DNA of 64,000 nucleotides from an uncultured Chitinophagales bacterium (GTDB taxonomy: Bacteria; Bacteroidota; Bacteroidia; Chitinophagales; UBA8649): positions 1,208 to 65,207 of the forward strand of contig CAWVRT010000009.1 of assembly GCA_963932515.1 (NCBI GenBank), read 5' to 3'. The position numbers and the translations under genes were made by a program. Below, one piece after another: positions 1-9,945 of this stretch. Under the pieces are notes generated by a model, which made no database searches, was not told where the DNA came from, and worked only from the letters and a program-made list of their open reading frames with translations. The first letter of the stretch is position 1; every line of letters begins with the position of its first letter.

Positions 1-954
1 AAGTATTACAGATTCGCTTAGTCTAGAGACTGTAAAATCATAAGAAAAGCCTATGTCAAAATCTTGCACTTCTGCTCTTAATCCTAAAATTACGGCATCA
101 CTTCCTAAAGTTCCATTTTCATAAGCAGCCATTCTGTATTGAAGGCCTAAATATAAAGAGGTATTATTTCTTTGGCTCAGTATATATTTAGCATAAGCAC
201 CAAATTCTAATTCGGTATGTGGTCCTTGATTTTGAAATAATAGCAAAGGAATCAATGCAATTTGTTTTTGAAGTAATATTTCTGCACTTAGGTTTAAACT
301 ATATTTCCTGTATAGTATAGCATCTTTATAAGAACCATAATCTTTTCTTTTCTCCAAAATATTGTTTAGTGAAAATCCTATTGACATTAAATGTTGGTCT
401 TGGATATTTAATAAATAATTCAAACCCAAACCAGCATCTACAAATGTTTTTTGAGCATAAGAATCTAAATTTATTAAATCATAATTAGCGCCTTTCTCGT
501 AGAAGTTGCCATATACAACATCTCGTAAATTCGCTTCTCTCATAGCATACATTGTATTAAAGCCAAAACTTACATGGTGCTTAAGTTTTTTGTTTCCGAA
601 CAGTTTATTATAAGCAAAAGAAAAATTAATTCCTGTGTTTTTAAAAGTTGCCTCATTCTCTAATTCTTGATAAAAAGCTAAACCTACACCAATAAAATTA
701 CCATTTAATTTATCTCTAAAAATATTGGCATCTACAGAAACAGCATAAGTAGTAAAACTATTTAACTGAATCCATTGATTTCTATAACTAGCGTTAACTC
801 TAATGTTTTGTTTAAATAAACCTGTCAATGCAGGATTTAGTTGTAGTGGGGCTCCCCAATATTGAGAAAAATGAAAGTCTTGACTAAAACTAAGTATTGC
901 CGAAAAGCAAAATACAGTAATAAACAGGTTTCTTTTTAGGTCGTAGAAAAACAT
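1..954 (-). CDS. PorP/SprF family type IX secretion system membrane protein (3' end runs off the window)
   Basis: Not in the ORF track. Read by hand from CAT at 952-954: MFFYDLKRNLFITVFCFSAILSFSQDFHFSQYWGAPLQLNPALTG...YRNQW...IGFSYDFT. The QD.HFSQY, LNPA.TG and YRNQW motifs are typical of PorP/SprF. Start overlaps the miaE stop (TAATG). Confidence 0.9.
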   Translation of the reverse strand, partial: MFFYDLKRNLFITVFCFSAILSFSQDFHFSQYWGAPLQLNPALTGLFKQNIRVNASYRNQWIQLNSFTTYAVSVDANIFRDKLNGNFIGVGLAFYQELENEATFKNTGINFSFAYNKLFGNKKLKHHVSFGFNTMYAMREANLRDVVYGNFYEKGANYDLINLDSYAQKTFVDAGLGLNYLLNIQDQHLMSIGFSLNNILEKRKDYGSYKDAILYRKYSLNLSAEILLQKQIALIPLLLFQNQGPHTELEFGAYAKYILSQRNNTSLYLGLQYRMAAYENGTLGSDAVILGLRAEVQDFDIGFSYDFTVSRLSESVIL

Positions 955-1538
955 TAATGCAATTTAGCAGTAATTGGTAAATTAGCTAGAATTTCAGCTT
1001 CGACTTCTAACAGTTCATTCAATCTTATATTAATCTCTTCATCAGAAAAATAATAAGAACACATTTTTATAAATACGTGAATATGCTTTTCTTCACTTCT
1101 TCCTAATTGTATATAAAACTTAGCTAAAGATTTATCTTCTAAATGCTCCCCGATAAGTATAAATCTTTCAGCAGCTCTGGCTTCAACAATTCCTGCCATT
1201 AAAACTCTATCCATATAGCGTTCTTCTCTCCCATTTCTGGCAGCAGCAATAAACTGATTGATATACAAATCTTTTTCCATTCTAGAAGCTAAAGGAATTC
1301 CTCTGTCTTCCATTATTTTATAAACTTGACGAAAATGTTCTAATTCCTCAATAGCAATAGCCATTAAATCATCTATAATTTCTAATCTATCTGGATATTT
1401 TGCAGTTAAATTTTGAGCTAAACCACTTGCCTTTCTTTCACAGTCTGCATGATCTTGTAAAAAACTTGTAAAATCAGCTTTTACGGCATCAACCCAGTCC
1501 AGACTTGTACTTGTTTTAAGTGCTACTTTATATTTCAT
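954..1538 (-). CDS. miaE: tRNA-(ms2io6A)-hydroxylase (ferritin-like diiron protein)
   Basis: DHADCERKAS, EELEHF, IVEARAAERF and SEEKH diiron motifs. Confidence 0.88.
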   Translation of the reverse strand: MKYKVALKTSTSLDWVDAVKADFTSFLQDHADCERKASGLAQNLTAKYPDRLEIIDDLMAIAIEELEHFRQVYKIMEDRGIPLASRMEKDLYINQFIAAARNGREERYMDRVLMAGIVEARAAERFILIGEHLEDKSLAKFYIQLGRSEEKHIHVFIKMCSYYFSDEEINIRLNELLEVEAEILANLPITAKLH

Positions 1539-1802
1539 TTCAGCTTTTTAAATGATTACAAAGATAATTATAAATTTGATAGTAACTAAGTTGGCAGTAT
1601 CTATTCAAAGACTAATTTTTAGTGATGTTCCATTCAATAACAAGCAAGAATAAAATAAACTATACCCAAAATGGATAAAATTTTAAATAATACATAGCAA
1701 ATAGGCAAGGCAGAAATGCTAGCTATTTAGACCGTCTTGAAACAATATTAGAATTTATAAGCTGGTCTTTAAAAACAAGTTGAATTGAATTACCTTTACC
1801 TC

Positions 1803-3059
1803 ATGGCAAAAAGTATTCAAGACATTTCAGCTCATTATTTTAAAAGATTTCCTGATTTCAGTATTAATATAGCAGCTGAAGACTTTGCTAAAAATTTACA
1901 AACGATTATAGTCATTCCATGTTTTAAAGAAGCTGCCATCATTCAATCCTTACATTCTTTGGCTAATTGTGACAGAGCAAAACATAATACTTTAGTTTTA
2001 ATATTGGTAAATGCCAGTGAAGCTATTGATGCAAATATTAAAGCGTATAATGAAAAAACATTTCAAGATATTCAAACGTTTATTGAACAAAATAAATCAG
2101 AGAATTTAACTTTCAAAGCATTTTTAAACAATGAATTACCTACAAAACATGCTGGTGTAGGTTACGCAAGAAAAATACTAATGGATACTGCTTTAAGTAT
2201 GTTTTCAAAACAAGATACCGATGGTATTATCGTAAATACTGATGCAGATTGTTTATTTACCAAAAATTATATTACAGCCATAGAAAATGCTTTCGAAAAT
2301 ACGAAAGCTAAACACGGTGTAATGCATTACGAACACAGAATAGATAGTGAAGAAAATAAAATATTAGTTCAAGGAATTACAGAATACGAATTACATTTAA
2401 GGTATTACAAACAAGCATTAGCATGGACAAATTATCCTAAGGTAATTCATACAATCGGTTCTTGCATGTTGTGTAAAGCAACTACCTACGCTTTGGAAGG
2501 TGGTATGAACAAAAGAAAAGCTGGCGAAGACTTTTACTTCATGAACAAACTAGCAAAAAGTCATGAATTTGTTGAAGTGAAAAATGCGAGTGTATTACCA
2601 TCTTGCCGAACTTCAGATAGAGTACCATTTGGTACAGGGAAAGCCATGAATGATTACATAGATACACAAACTAAAGTTTTTCAATCTTATGATTTTAGAT
2701 GTTTTATTGAATTAAATGAATTTATTTCTAAAATTGATTTGCTTTATTCTCAAAATTTTAAGAAGTCTAAAAATCAGTTTAGCGATTTAAGTTTTCAATT
2801 TTTTGAAGCTATCGAAATAGATGCTAATTTACTCAAAATAAAAAAACAGAGTAAAGATTTGGTGAACTTTAAAAAGAATTTTTTCTTTTGGTTCGATCAT
2901 TTAAAAGCTTTACAATTTATTCATTTCTATACAGACAATAAATATCCAAAAATTAGTATTTTTGATGCAGCTCATCAGTTTTTAGAAAGAAAAGAAATTA
3001 ATATTAAACAAGATGATGCTAGAAGTATTTTAGAATTATTTAGAACTTTAGATAAATGA
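1803..3059 (+). CDS. Glycosyltransferase family 2 (GT-A fold) protein
   Basis: IVIPCFKE, GVGYARK, NTDAD (DxD) and AGEDFY motifs. Start moved to ATG 1803, just after a TACCTTTA promoter-like element; the ORF track starts at 1785. Confidence 0.75.
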   Translation: MAKSIQDISAHYFKRFPDFSINIAAEDFAKNLQTIIVIPCFKEAAIIQSLHSLANCDRAKHNTLVLILVNASEAIDANIKAYNEKTFQDIQTFIEQNKSENLTFKAFLNNELPTKHAGVGYARKILMDTALSMFSKQDTDGIIVNTDADCLFTKNYITAIENAFENTKAKHGVMHYEHRIDSEENKILVQGITEYELHLRYYKQALAWTNYPKVIHTIGSCMLCKATTYALEGGMNKRKAGEDFYFMNKLAKSHEFVEVKNASVLPSCRTSDRVPFGTGKAMNDYIDTQTKVFQSYDFRCFIELNEFISKIDLLYSQNFKKSKNQFSDLSFQFFEAIEIDANLLKIKKQSKDLVNFKKNFFFWFDHLKALQFIHFYTDNKYPKISIFDAAHQFLERKEINIKQDDARSILELFRTLDK

Positions 3060-3511
3060 ATTTAGATAAAATAGATTGGCGAGTTAAGCAATTTGAAGAA
3101 TTAACATTAAATGAACTGTACGACATCATGAATTTACGGCAAGAAGTCTTTGTGGTAGAACAAGAATGTCCCTACATTGATGCAGATTACAAAGATCAAC
3201 AATCTATTCATGTAAATGCATACTACAACAATGAATTAGTGGCTCATACTAGAATAGTACTCCCTGGTGTTTCTTACAAAGAGCCGTCTATTGGTAGAGT
3301 GGTAAGTTCTCCGAAGTACCGAAAAAAAGGATTAGGTGTTAAGCTTATGAAAAAAAGCATTGAAGTATTAGAAGCATTTTATAAGTCATCAAACTGTAGG
3401 ATTTCTGCTCAAAAATATTTAATAAAATTCTATGAGCAATTTGGTTTTGAAGTGTGCTCAGAAGAATATTTAGAAGATGATATTCCACATTTTGAAATGT
3501 TTAGAAAGTAA
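3056..3511 (+). CDS. elaA: GNAT family N-acetyltransferase, ElaA-like
   Basis: LRQEVFVVEQECPY.DAD, IGRVV, ISAQ.YL..FY..FGF and YLEDDIPH motifs. Confidence 0.85.
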   Translation: MNLDKIDWRVKQFEELTLNELYDIMNLRQEVFVVEQECPYIDADYKDQQSIHVNAYYNNELVAHTRIVLPGVSYKEPSIGRVVSSPKYRKKGLGVKLMKKSIEVLEAFYKSSNCRISAQKYLIKFYEQFGFEVCSEEYLEDDIPHFEMFRK

Positions 3512-3662
3512 ACACGCCTATTAAATCCTTCATTTTCTAGCAAAAGTTAAGAATATTTTATCGAAAATATCGTACTAAGCTAATCTACAATATAGCTGTA
3601 AAAGTTAGTACTAATATCTCTCTAAATTTTAATAATTGTAACATATTTGTATCTTTGACAAA

Positions 3663-4697
3663 GTGGTGAATAAAAAAATAAAATATCTATTCTTATTATT
3701 ATCCTGTTTTTGCATAAAAATAAGTAGTGCTCAAGATATTCACTATACGCAATATAATTTTTTGCCTTTACTCCAAAACCCTGCAAGTGTTGGTTTTTTT
3801 GATGCCAATATGCGTTTTTCTGGTATTTATAGAAACCAATGGGCTACGGTTCCGGTAAACTACAATTCAGTAGGATTTTCTTATGATTTGAATTTTTTAG
3901 AATATTTCAAAACAGGTTCAAAAGCTGGAGCTGGTATAAATTTTTACTTTGATCAAGCAGGAGATTCTAAATTTCAAACTTTACACTTAATGATTCCTAT
4001 TGCCTATCATTTATATTTACCAATAAGCGGCCATAAGTTAAAAATAAGTATTGGTGCCGAAGCAGGTTTTCAATACAAGTCTTTAAGTACTGCTGATTTG
4101 TATTACGACAGTCAATTTAATGGCGAAACATTTAACCCAAATACAGATTCTAAAGAAACCTTTACTAACTTAAATGTTTTAAATGCAGATTTTGGTGCAG
4201 GAATAAATTTTGAATTTGAAACAAAAAGCAAAATGAAATTCGGATTAGGTTTTGCTTTAAAACATATTAACAGCGCTAAAGAAGCCTATTTAAATAGTAA
4301 TATAAAACCAGATTTACGACAAAGATTTGTTGTACCTGCTAGTCTTTTTATTCCCATTTCAAATAAATGGGATGTAGATATCACTTACTTATTCAACTTT
4401 CAAAATGAAAGCCAAGAGCAGCTTCTAGGAACTTTATTTGGCTATTATTTAGAAAATCTATCGGTAAGAAAAAGAAAAATTAATTTCGGTGCTTTCTATA
4501 GAATATCAGATGCCGTCTCTTTTGCTTTACAATATGAAACAAATAACTTTAAAGCAGGATTAAGTTATGACATCACGACTTCAAAATTTTCTAAAGCCAC
4601 AAATACTTATGGTGGTTTAGAAATTGGAATAGCTTATTACATTCATAATTTAAGCCAGTTAAATTTAAAAATGAATAAAAAATGTTTTACTTTTTAA
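3663..4697 (+). CDS. PorP/SprF family type IX secretion system membrane protein
   Basis: Signal peptide followed by QDIHYTQY, NPASVG, YRNQW and GLSYD...GGLEI. Confidence 0.9.
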   Translation: MVNKKIKYLFLLLSCFCIKISSAQDIHYTQYNFLPLLQNPASVGFFDANMRFSGIYRNQWATVPVNYNSVGFSYDLNFLEYFKTGSKAGAGINFYFDQAGDSKFQTLHLMIPIAYHLYLPISGHKLKISIGAEAGFQYKSLSTADLYYDSQFNGETFNPNTDSKETFTNLNVLNADFGAGINFEFETKSKMKFGLGFALKHINSAKEAYLNSNIKPDLRQRFVVPASLFIPISNKWDVDITYLFNFQNESQEQLLGTLFGYYLENLSVRKRKINFGAFYRISDAVSFALQYETNNFKAGLSYDITTSKFSKATNTYGGLEIGIAYYIHNLSQLNLKMNKKCFTF

Positions 4698-4698
4698 T

Positions 4699-6618
4699 AT
4701 GAATAAATTCTTACTTTTTACATTCTTGTTTATAGCAAATTATAGCTACAGTCAAACATTAAATCAGTATTTAAAAGCAGGTAATAGTGCTTTTGAAAAA
4801 GGCGAATATTATACGGCTATTTCCTATTTTAAAAAAGCAACACAATTTCGAAAAAAAACAGATGAAGTAAATTATAGAATAGGTCAATCCTATTTAAAAC
4901 TAAAAGATTATAACAATTCTTTAAAAGCGTTTTCTAAAGTACAGCAAAAAAGTGCTTACCCTAGACTTTTTTATAAAATGGGAAATACCTTAATGCTTAC
5001 GGGAGATTATCCGCAAGCTATTACCTACTATAATAGTTTTAAAAACAGCTACAAACTCAATGATTTTTATGCAAAAGATTCAGATCAAAAAATAGCTTCC
5101 TGCTATTGGGCTTTAGACCATTTACAAGAAAATAAAGAAATTAAAGTTGAAAGTTTAGGTCGTCAAATAAATTCTGAATTTAGTGAGTTTTCTGCTTCCT
5201 ATTTTAAAGATTCATTGTTACAATTAACTTCATTTTCCCATAAGGAAGAAAACAAAAAAAGTGATTACATTGCTAATATTTTATTCTTTGAAAAACAATA
5301 TAAATCTTACTTACAAAAAGAAATTGACATTCCAAAAAATAAAAAACTACAATTAGCAAATGGTTATTATTTAGCAGAAAAAGATAGATTTTATTTTAAC
5401 CAATGTGAAATTAGTAAAAATGGTAAAAAAAGGTGCGACATCTATGTTTCAGCATTTAAAGACAACAAATGGAACACGCCTGTTTTCTTAAATATTAACG
5501 ACAAAAACTACACTTCTACTCAAGCAAGTGTTTATGTGAATGAGGACGGGAAAGATGTTCTCTTATTTGTTTCAGACAGAGTAAGTGGCATCGGTAAAAA
5601 AGACATTTGGACAGCGACAGAAACTACATGGGGAAATTTTGAAAATTTACAAGTTTTACCTTCTACTATTAACACTATAGACGATGAGGCTAGTCCGTTT
5701 TTCGATAAAGAATCCAATACCTTATATTTTAGTTCTAAATGGCATTATGGCTATGGTGGTTATGATATTTTTAAATCTATTAAAGATGGTGCAGATTATA
5801 AAACGCCTGAAAATATTTCTTTACCATTCAATAGTTCTGCCAACGATTTATACTTTAAAACCAATGCAAATTCTGAAGGATTATTAAGTTCGAACAGAAC
5901 AGGCGCTATGAAATTAAGAGGCGCTGCTTGTTGTTATGATATTTTTAGTTTTGAAAAAAATAGCGACTATTTAGTTAGAAAAGATAGTATTTCAAAAATT
6001 GATAGTTTAATAATGACACATACTGTAAAACCAATTTTTGATAAAGAAAATATTAGAATAGATTCTGTAGATATTATTTTCGATAAAATAAAACAAATGC
6101 TCCCAATAAGTGTTTACTTTCATAATGATGAGCCAAACCCTAAAACGGAAGACATACACACTTCAACAGACTATACAGCAGCCTATAATAGTTTTAAAGC
6201 TTTAAAGAATGATTATTATATAATGAATAACTTTAAGGAAATTGATGCTTTCTTTTACGACCATTTAGATAAAGGCTTCTTAGATTTAAAAGCTTTTGAA
6301 AAACTAATTACACGCTTAATTCCTAAACATACAATCAAATTGCAAATAAAAGGATATTGCAGTCCTTTGGCAGGAAATAATTACAACATAAATCTTTCTA
6401 AACGTAGAATTTCTTCTTTAGAAAATGAATTAAAAAAGAATAAAAAACTACTTCAAGCAATTACTGATAATAAAATTATTATTGAAGAAATACCCTTTGG
6501 TGAATCTAAAGCAAAAAAAGAAGTTTCAGATGATTTCCATAATGTAAAAGAATCTATTTTTAATCCCAAAGCTTGTATGGAACGTAAGGTTTCAATTATT
6601 GGTATTCTTATAGACTAA
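4699..6618 (+). CDS. PorE-like TPR/PD40/OmpA-domain protein
   Basis: N-terminal TPRs, PD40 repeats (INSEFSE, LFVSDR..G.G..DIW, LYFSSKWHYGYGGYDIF) and a C-terminal OmpA-like segment (YNINLSKRR, PFGE, ERKV). Lies 1 bp after the porP-like gene. Confidence 0.8.
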   Translation: MNKFLLFTFLFIANYSYSQTLNQYLKAGNSAFEKGEYYTAISYFKKATQFRKKTDEVNYRIGQSYLKLKDYNNSLKAFSKVQQKSAYPRLFYKMGNTLMLTGDYPQAITYYNSFKNSYKLNDFYAKDSDQKIASCYWALDHLQENKEIKVESLGRQINSEFSEFSASYFKDSLLQLTSFSHKEENKKSDYIANILFFEKQYKSYLQKEIDIPKNKKLQLANGYYLAEKDRFYFNQCEISKNGKKRCDIYVSAFKDNKWNTPVFLNINDKNYTSTQASVYVNEDGKDVLLFVSDRVSGIGKKDIWTATETTWGNFENLQVLPSTINTIDDEASPFFDKESNTLYFSSKWHYGYGGYDIFKSIKDGADYKTPENISLPFNSSANDLYFKTNANSEGLLSSNRTGAMKLRGAACCYDIFSFEKNSDYLVRKDSISKIDSLIMTHTVKPIFDKENIRIDSVDIIFDKIKQMLPISVYFHNDEPNPKTEDIHTSTDYTAAYNSFKALKNDYYIMNNFKEIDAFFYDHLDKGFLDLKAFEKLITRLIPKHTIKLQIKGYCSPLAGNNYNINLSKRRISSLENELKKNKKLLQAITDNKIIIEEIPFGESKAKKEVSDDFHNVKESIFNPKACMERKVSIIGILID

Positions 6619-6874
6619 TTGAATACAGTAATTATTAGAATTTAAAAAGAGCAAATACTATTGATAACTCTTGTCTAAAAGTAATTTACAGCCGTTTATG
6701 TTTGAAGTGTTCTTTTTAAAAACTTTTCTTTAAAAGAAATCATTCACCCAAGTAGTCATTTAAAATATACATATTATAAAAAGTCCATTAGATTAATTAC
6801 ATTAGTGCACATATATCACACGTTAGGCACAATAAGATTTATTATGGGTCGTTTAATAAATAAGCTAAGAAATT

Positions 6875-7138
6875 ATGAGACTATTAAAATCAACACTTGC
6901 AGGAATTCTAATTTGCCTGTCTGCTATTTCATGTAGTAAAGTAGAAAATAATTGTGTGGCTAATCCAGTAGCTTCATCTGGAAATTGTATTGATTCAACA
7001 CTCATTGAGCCTAACGCAGTCTGTATTGCTCTATGGGAACCTGTTTGTGGCTGTGATGGCATTACTTATTCTAATTCTTGCGTTGCAGATAATTCTGGAG
7101 TAACTACTTATGTTGAAGGAGACTGTTGTGATGATTAA
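6875..7138 (+). CDS. Kazal-type serine protease inhibitor domain lipoprotein
   Basis: Lipobox-like AISC, and Kazal pattern C..(CIALWEPVCGCDGITYSNSC)..GDC. Confidence 0.85.
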   Translation: MRLLKSTLAGILICLSAISCSKVENNCVANPVASSGNCIDSTLIEPNAVCIALWEPVCGCDGITYSNSCVADNSGVTTYVEGDCCDD

Positions 7139-7258
7139 ATGAAAACTGTAATTAATAAAAGTACTTTATTACCAATTAATAAAGTGCCTAAGGTGCTGCT
7201 TCGCGGTGTTAAAAAGCGCGAACAGCCCTATTAACGATTTTTTTTGTTTTGGATTTTA

Positions 7259-8563
7259 TTATCCTCCGAAATCATCAAAGGCAACATTTTCTTCTGGTAT
7301 TCCCCAATCGTCAGCCATTTTAATCACTGATTGATTCATCATTGGTGGCCCACAGAAATATAATTCAATTTCTTCTGGTGATTCATGTTTTCTTAAATAT
7401 TCTTCTATGACTACATTATGAACAAAACCTTTAAATCCGTCTCCTTCAGGATCATTAAGGTCTTTTTTCAAAGTCCAGTTATCTTCTGGTAAAGGATTAT
7501 CTAATGCTACAGCAAATCTAAAATTTGGAAATTCTTTTTCAATTTCTCTAAATTCTTCAATGTAGAATAATTCTTGTTTTGTTCTGCCACCATAAAAGAA
7601 AGTTACTTTTCTTTTAGTTTTCAAAGTATGAAATAAGTGATATAAATGAGAACGCATTGGCGCCATGCCTGCACCACCACCTACGTATAACATTTCACTT
7701 TCTGTTTCTTTAATAAAGAATTCACCATAAGGACCAGAAATTGTTACTTTATCACCAGGTTTTTGAGCGAAAACATAGGAAGAACATATCCCAGGGTTTA
7801 CTGGCATATAATCATTTTTAGCTCTATCAAAAGGTGGCGAAGCAATTCTTATAGTCAAACTTACTTTATCTCCTTCTGCAGGATGATTTGCCATTGAATA
7901 AGCTCTAAATATTGGATCTGCATTTACCATTTTTAATGGCCATAATTTAAATTGATCCCAATCTTTTTGAAACTTATCTGGTGTATCATGATATTTCGGG
8001 TGTGCCGTAATATCCATATCTTTATATTCTACAGTTACTTTTGGAACATCAATTTGAATATATCCTCCAGCTTCAAAATCTAAGGTTTCACCTTCTGGTA
8101 ATTTTACTTCAAACTCTTTAATGAATGTAGCTACATTATAGTTAGAAGTAACTTCACATTCCCATTTCTTAATTCCAAAAATTTCTTCTGGAATTTGAAC
8201 AGACATATCATTCTTTACTTTTACCTGACAAGCTAATCTCCAATTATCTTTCGCTTCTTTTCTCGTTAAGTGATTTAACTCTGTAGGTAATGTTTCGCCA
8301 CCACCTTCAGTAATTTGACACAAGCACATCGCACAAGTACCACCACCACCACAGGCAGATGGTAAAAATATATTTTGCTCAGATAAGGTAGTTAACAAAT
8401 TACTTCCTTGTTTAGATAGTACAGGGTTAGCTGTATCTCCGTTTAGGATTAATGTAACATCTCCTTCTGAAACTAATTTTTCTTTCGCTAAAATTAACAA
8501 TCCTGCCATGATGAGCATAGTTGCTAAAAAAGCGATTAATGTTCCTATTATTAAAGTCGTCAT
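7259..8563 (-). CDS. nqrF: Na+-translocating NADH:quinone oxidoreductase subunit F
   Basis: SACGGGGTCAMC 2Fe-2S motif, RAYSMAN, GGGAGMAPMRSH, C-terminal FDDFGG. Confidence 0.97.
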   Translation of the reverse strand: MTTLIIGTLIAFLATMLIMAGLLILAKEKLVSEGDVTLILNGDTANPVLSKQGSNLLTTLSEQNIFLPSACGGGGTCAMCLCQITEGGGETLPTELNHLTRKEAKDNWRLACQVKVKNDMSVQIPEEIFGIKKWECEVTSNYNVATFIKEFEVKLPEGETLDFEAGGYIQIDVPKVTVEYKDMDITAHPKYHDTPDKFQKDWDQFKLWPLKMVNADPIFRAYSMANHPAEGDKVSLTIRIASPPFDRAKNDYMPVNPGICSSYVFAQKPGDKVTISGPYGEFFIKETESEMLYVGGGAGMAPMRSHLYHLFHTLKTKRKVTFFYGGRTKQELFYIEEFREIEKEFPNFRFAVALDNPLPEDNWTLKKDLNDPEGDGFKGFVHNVVIEEYLRKHESPEEIELYFCGPPMMNQSVIKMADDWGIPEENVAFDDFGG

Positions 8564-8600
8564 ATTGATTTACGATTTATACTATTTATGATTTATACTA

Positions 8601-9215
8601 TTATAATTTTATTCCCATTAAGCCCATAAAACCTAAGCCCATCAATCCAGTAATTAAAAATGCAATTCCTAAGCCTCTTAAAGGAGCTGGAACATCTGAA
8701 TATCTTAATTTTTCTCTGATTGCTGCCATTCCAATAATAGCTAAAAAGAAACCAAATCCTGCACCAACACCGTAAACGATACTTTCTACAAAACCATATT
8801 CTTTAGTTATCATAAATAATGTACCACCTAAGATAGAACAGTTTACTGTTATTAATGGTAAGAAAATACCCAAAGACATATATAATGAAGGTGAATATTT
8901 TTCTATAATCATTTCTACTAACTGTACCATAGTTGCAATTACTGCAATATAAATAATCAAACCTAAAAATTCGATACTTACATTGGCATATGAAGCACCT
9001 AACAATGGCTCCAAAGCACCTTCTTTTAGTAAAAATTCTCTTACTGCCCAGTTTATTGGTGTAGTTATAGCTAATACGAATATTACCGCTGCTCCAAGTC
9101 CTACTGCAGTCTTAACAGATTTAGATACTGCCAAAAATGAACACATTCCTAAGAAATAGATTAAAACCATATTCTCTAAGAATGCCGACTTTACAAATAT
9201 ATTTACTAATTCCAT
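8601..9215 (-). CDS. nqrE: Na+-NQR subunit E
   Basis: FLGMCSFLAVSK, LGIFLPLITVNC, operon position. Confidence 0.96.
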   Translation of the reverse strand: MELVNIFVKSAFLENMVLIYFLGMCSFLAVSKSVKTAVGLGAAVIFVLAITTPINWAVREFLLKEGALEPLLGASYANVSIEFLGLIIYIAVIATMVQLVEMIIEKYSPSLYMSLGIFLPLITVNCSILGGTLFMITKEYGFVESIVYGVGAGFGFFLAIIGMAAIREKLRYSDVPAPLRGLGIAFLITGLMGLGFMGLMGIKL

Positions 9216-9305
9216 TTTTATTTATTTAATTTACTAATTAATAGTTTTGAAGAGTTTCAATCTAAAGATTGTTTCTTCTTTTGTCATAACAATGACGTTT
9301 TTTAT

Positions 9306-9941
9306 TTATGATATATCTACCAATTCAGTATTCGTTCCTCTATGAATCCATACTAAAATTCCTATCAAAAAGATAGAAGCGATTGGTAAAACCATTAATC
9401 CATTATTTTCATAACCCATACCGTATAATCCAGTTTTTAAAGTAGCATCACCGAATAATTTGTATCCTAATAATGCACCCGAACCAAATAATTCTCTAAT
9501 AGCACCTACTATTACTAATATGACTCCGTATCCAAATCCATTTCCAATGCCATCTAAAAAAGCAGGAATTGGTTTGTTTCCCATAGCAAAAGCCTCTAAA
9601 CGACCCATTACTATACAGTTTGTAATAATTAAACCTACAAATACAGAAAGTTCTTTACTTAGGTCATACATGAATGCCTTTAAGGTAATACTTACAATAG
9701 TTACTAAGAATGCGATTACAACCAATTGAACAATCATACGGATTCTTCCTGGAATATAATTTCTAATTAATGAAATAGTTAGATTAGCTAAAGCGGTCAC
9801 AAAGGTTACTGCTATTGCCATTACTAATGAATTTGCAATAGTAGAAGTTACAGCTAATGCAGAACAAACACCTAATACTTGAACCGTAATTGGGTTATTT
9901 CTACTTAATGGGTCTGTTATTAATTTATCGTATTGACTCAT
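9306..9941 (-). CDS. nqrD: Na+-NQR subunit D
   Basis: NNPITVQVLGVCSALAVT, LIITNCIVMGRLEAFA. Confidence 0.96.
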   Translation of the reverse strand: MSQYDKLITDPLSRNNPITVQVLGVCSALAVTSTIANSLVMAIAVTFVTALANLTISLIRNYIPGRIRMIVQLVVIAFLVTIVSITLKAFMYDLSKELSVFVGLIITNCIVMGRLEAFAMGNKPIPAFLDGIGNGFGYGVILVIVGAIRELFGSGALLGYKLFGDATLKTGLYGMGYENNGLMVLPIASIFLIGILVWIHRGTNTELVDIS

Positions 9942-9945
9942 TATT

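Noticed and set aside
6865-7062. 65-aa ORF antisense to the Kazal gene
   Set aside because: The + strand has the clear lipobox and Kazal cysteine pattern; the antisense ORF has no features.
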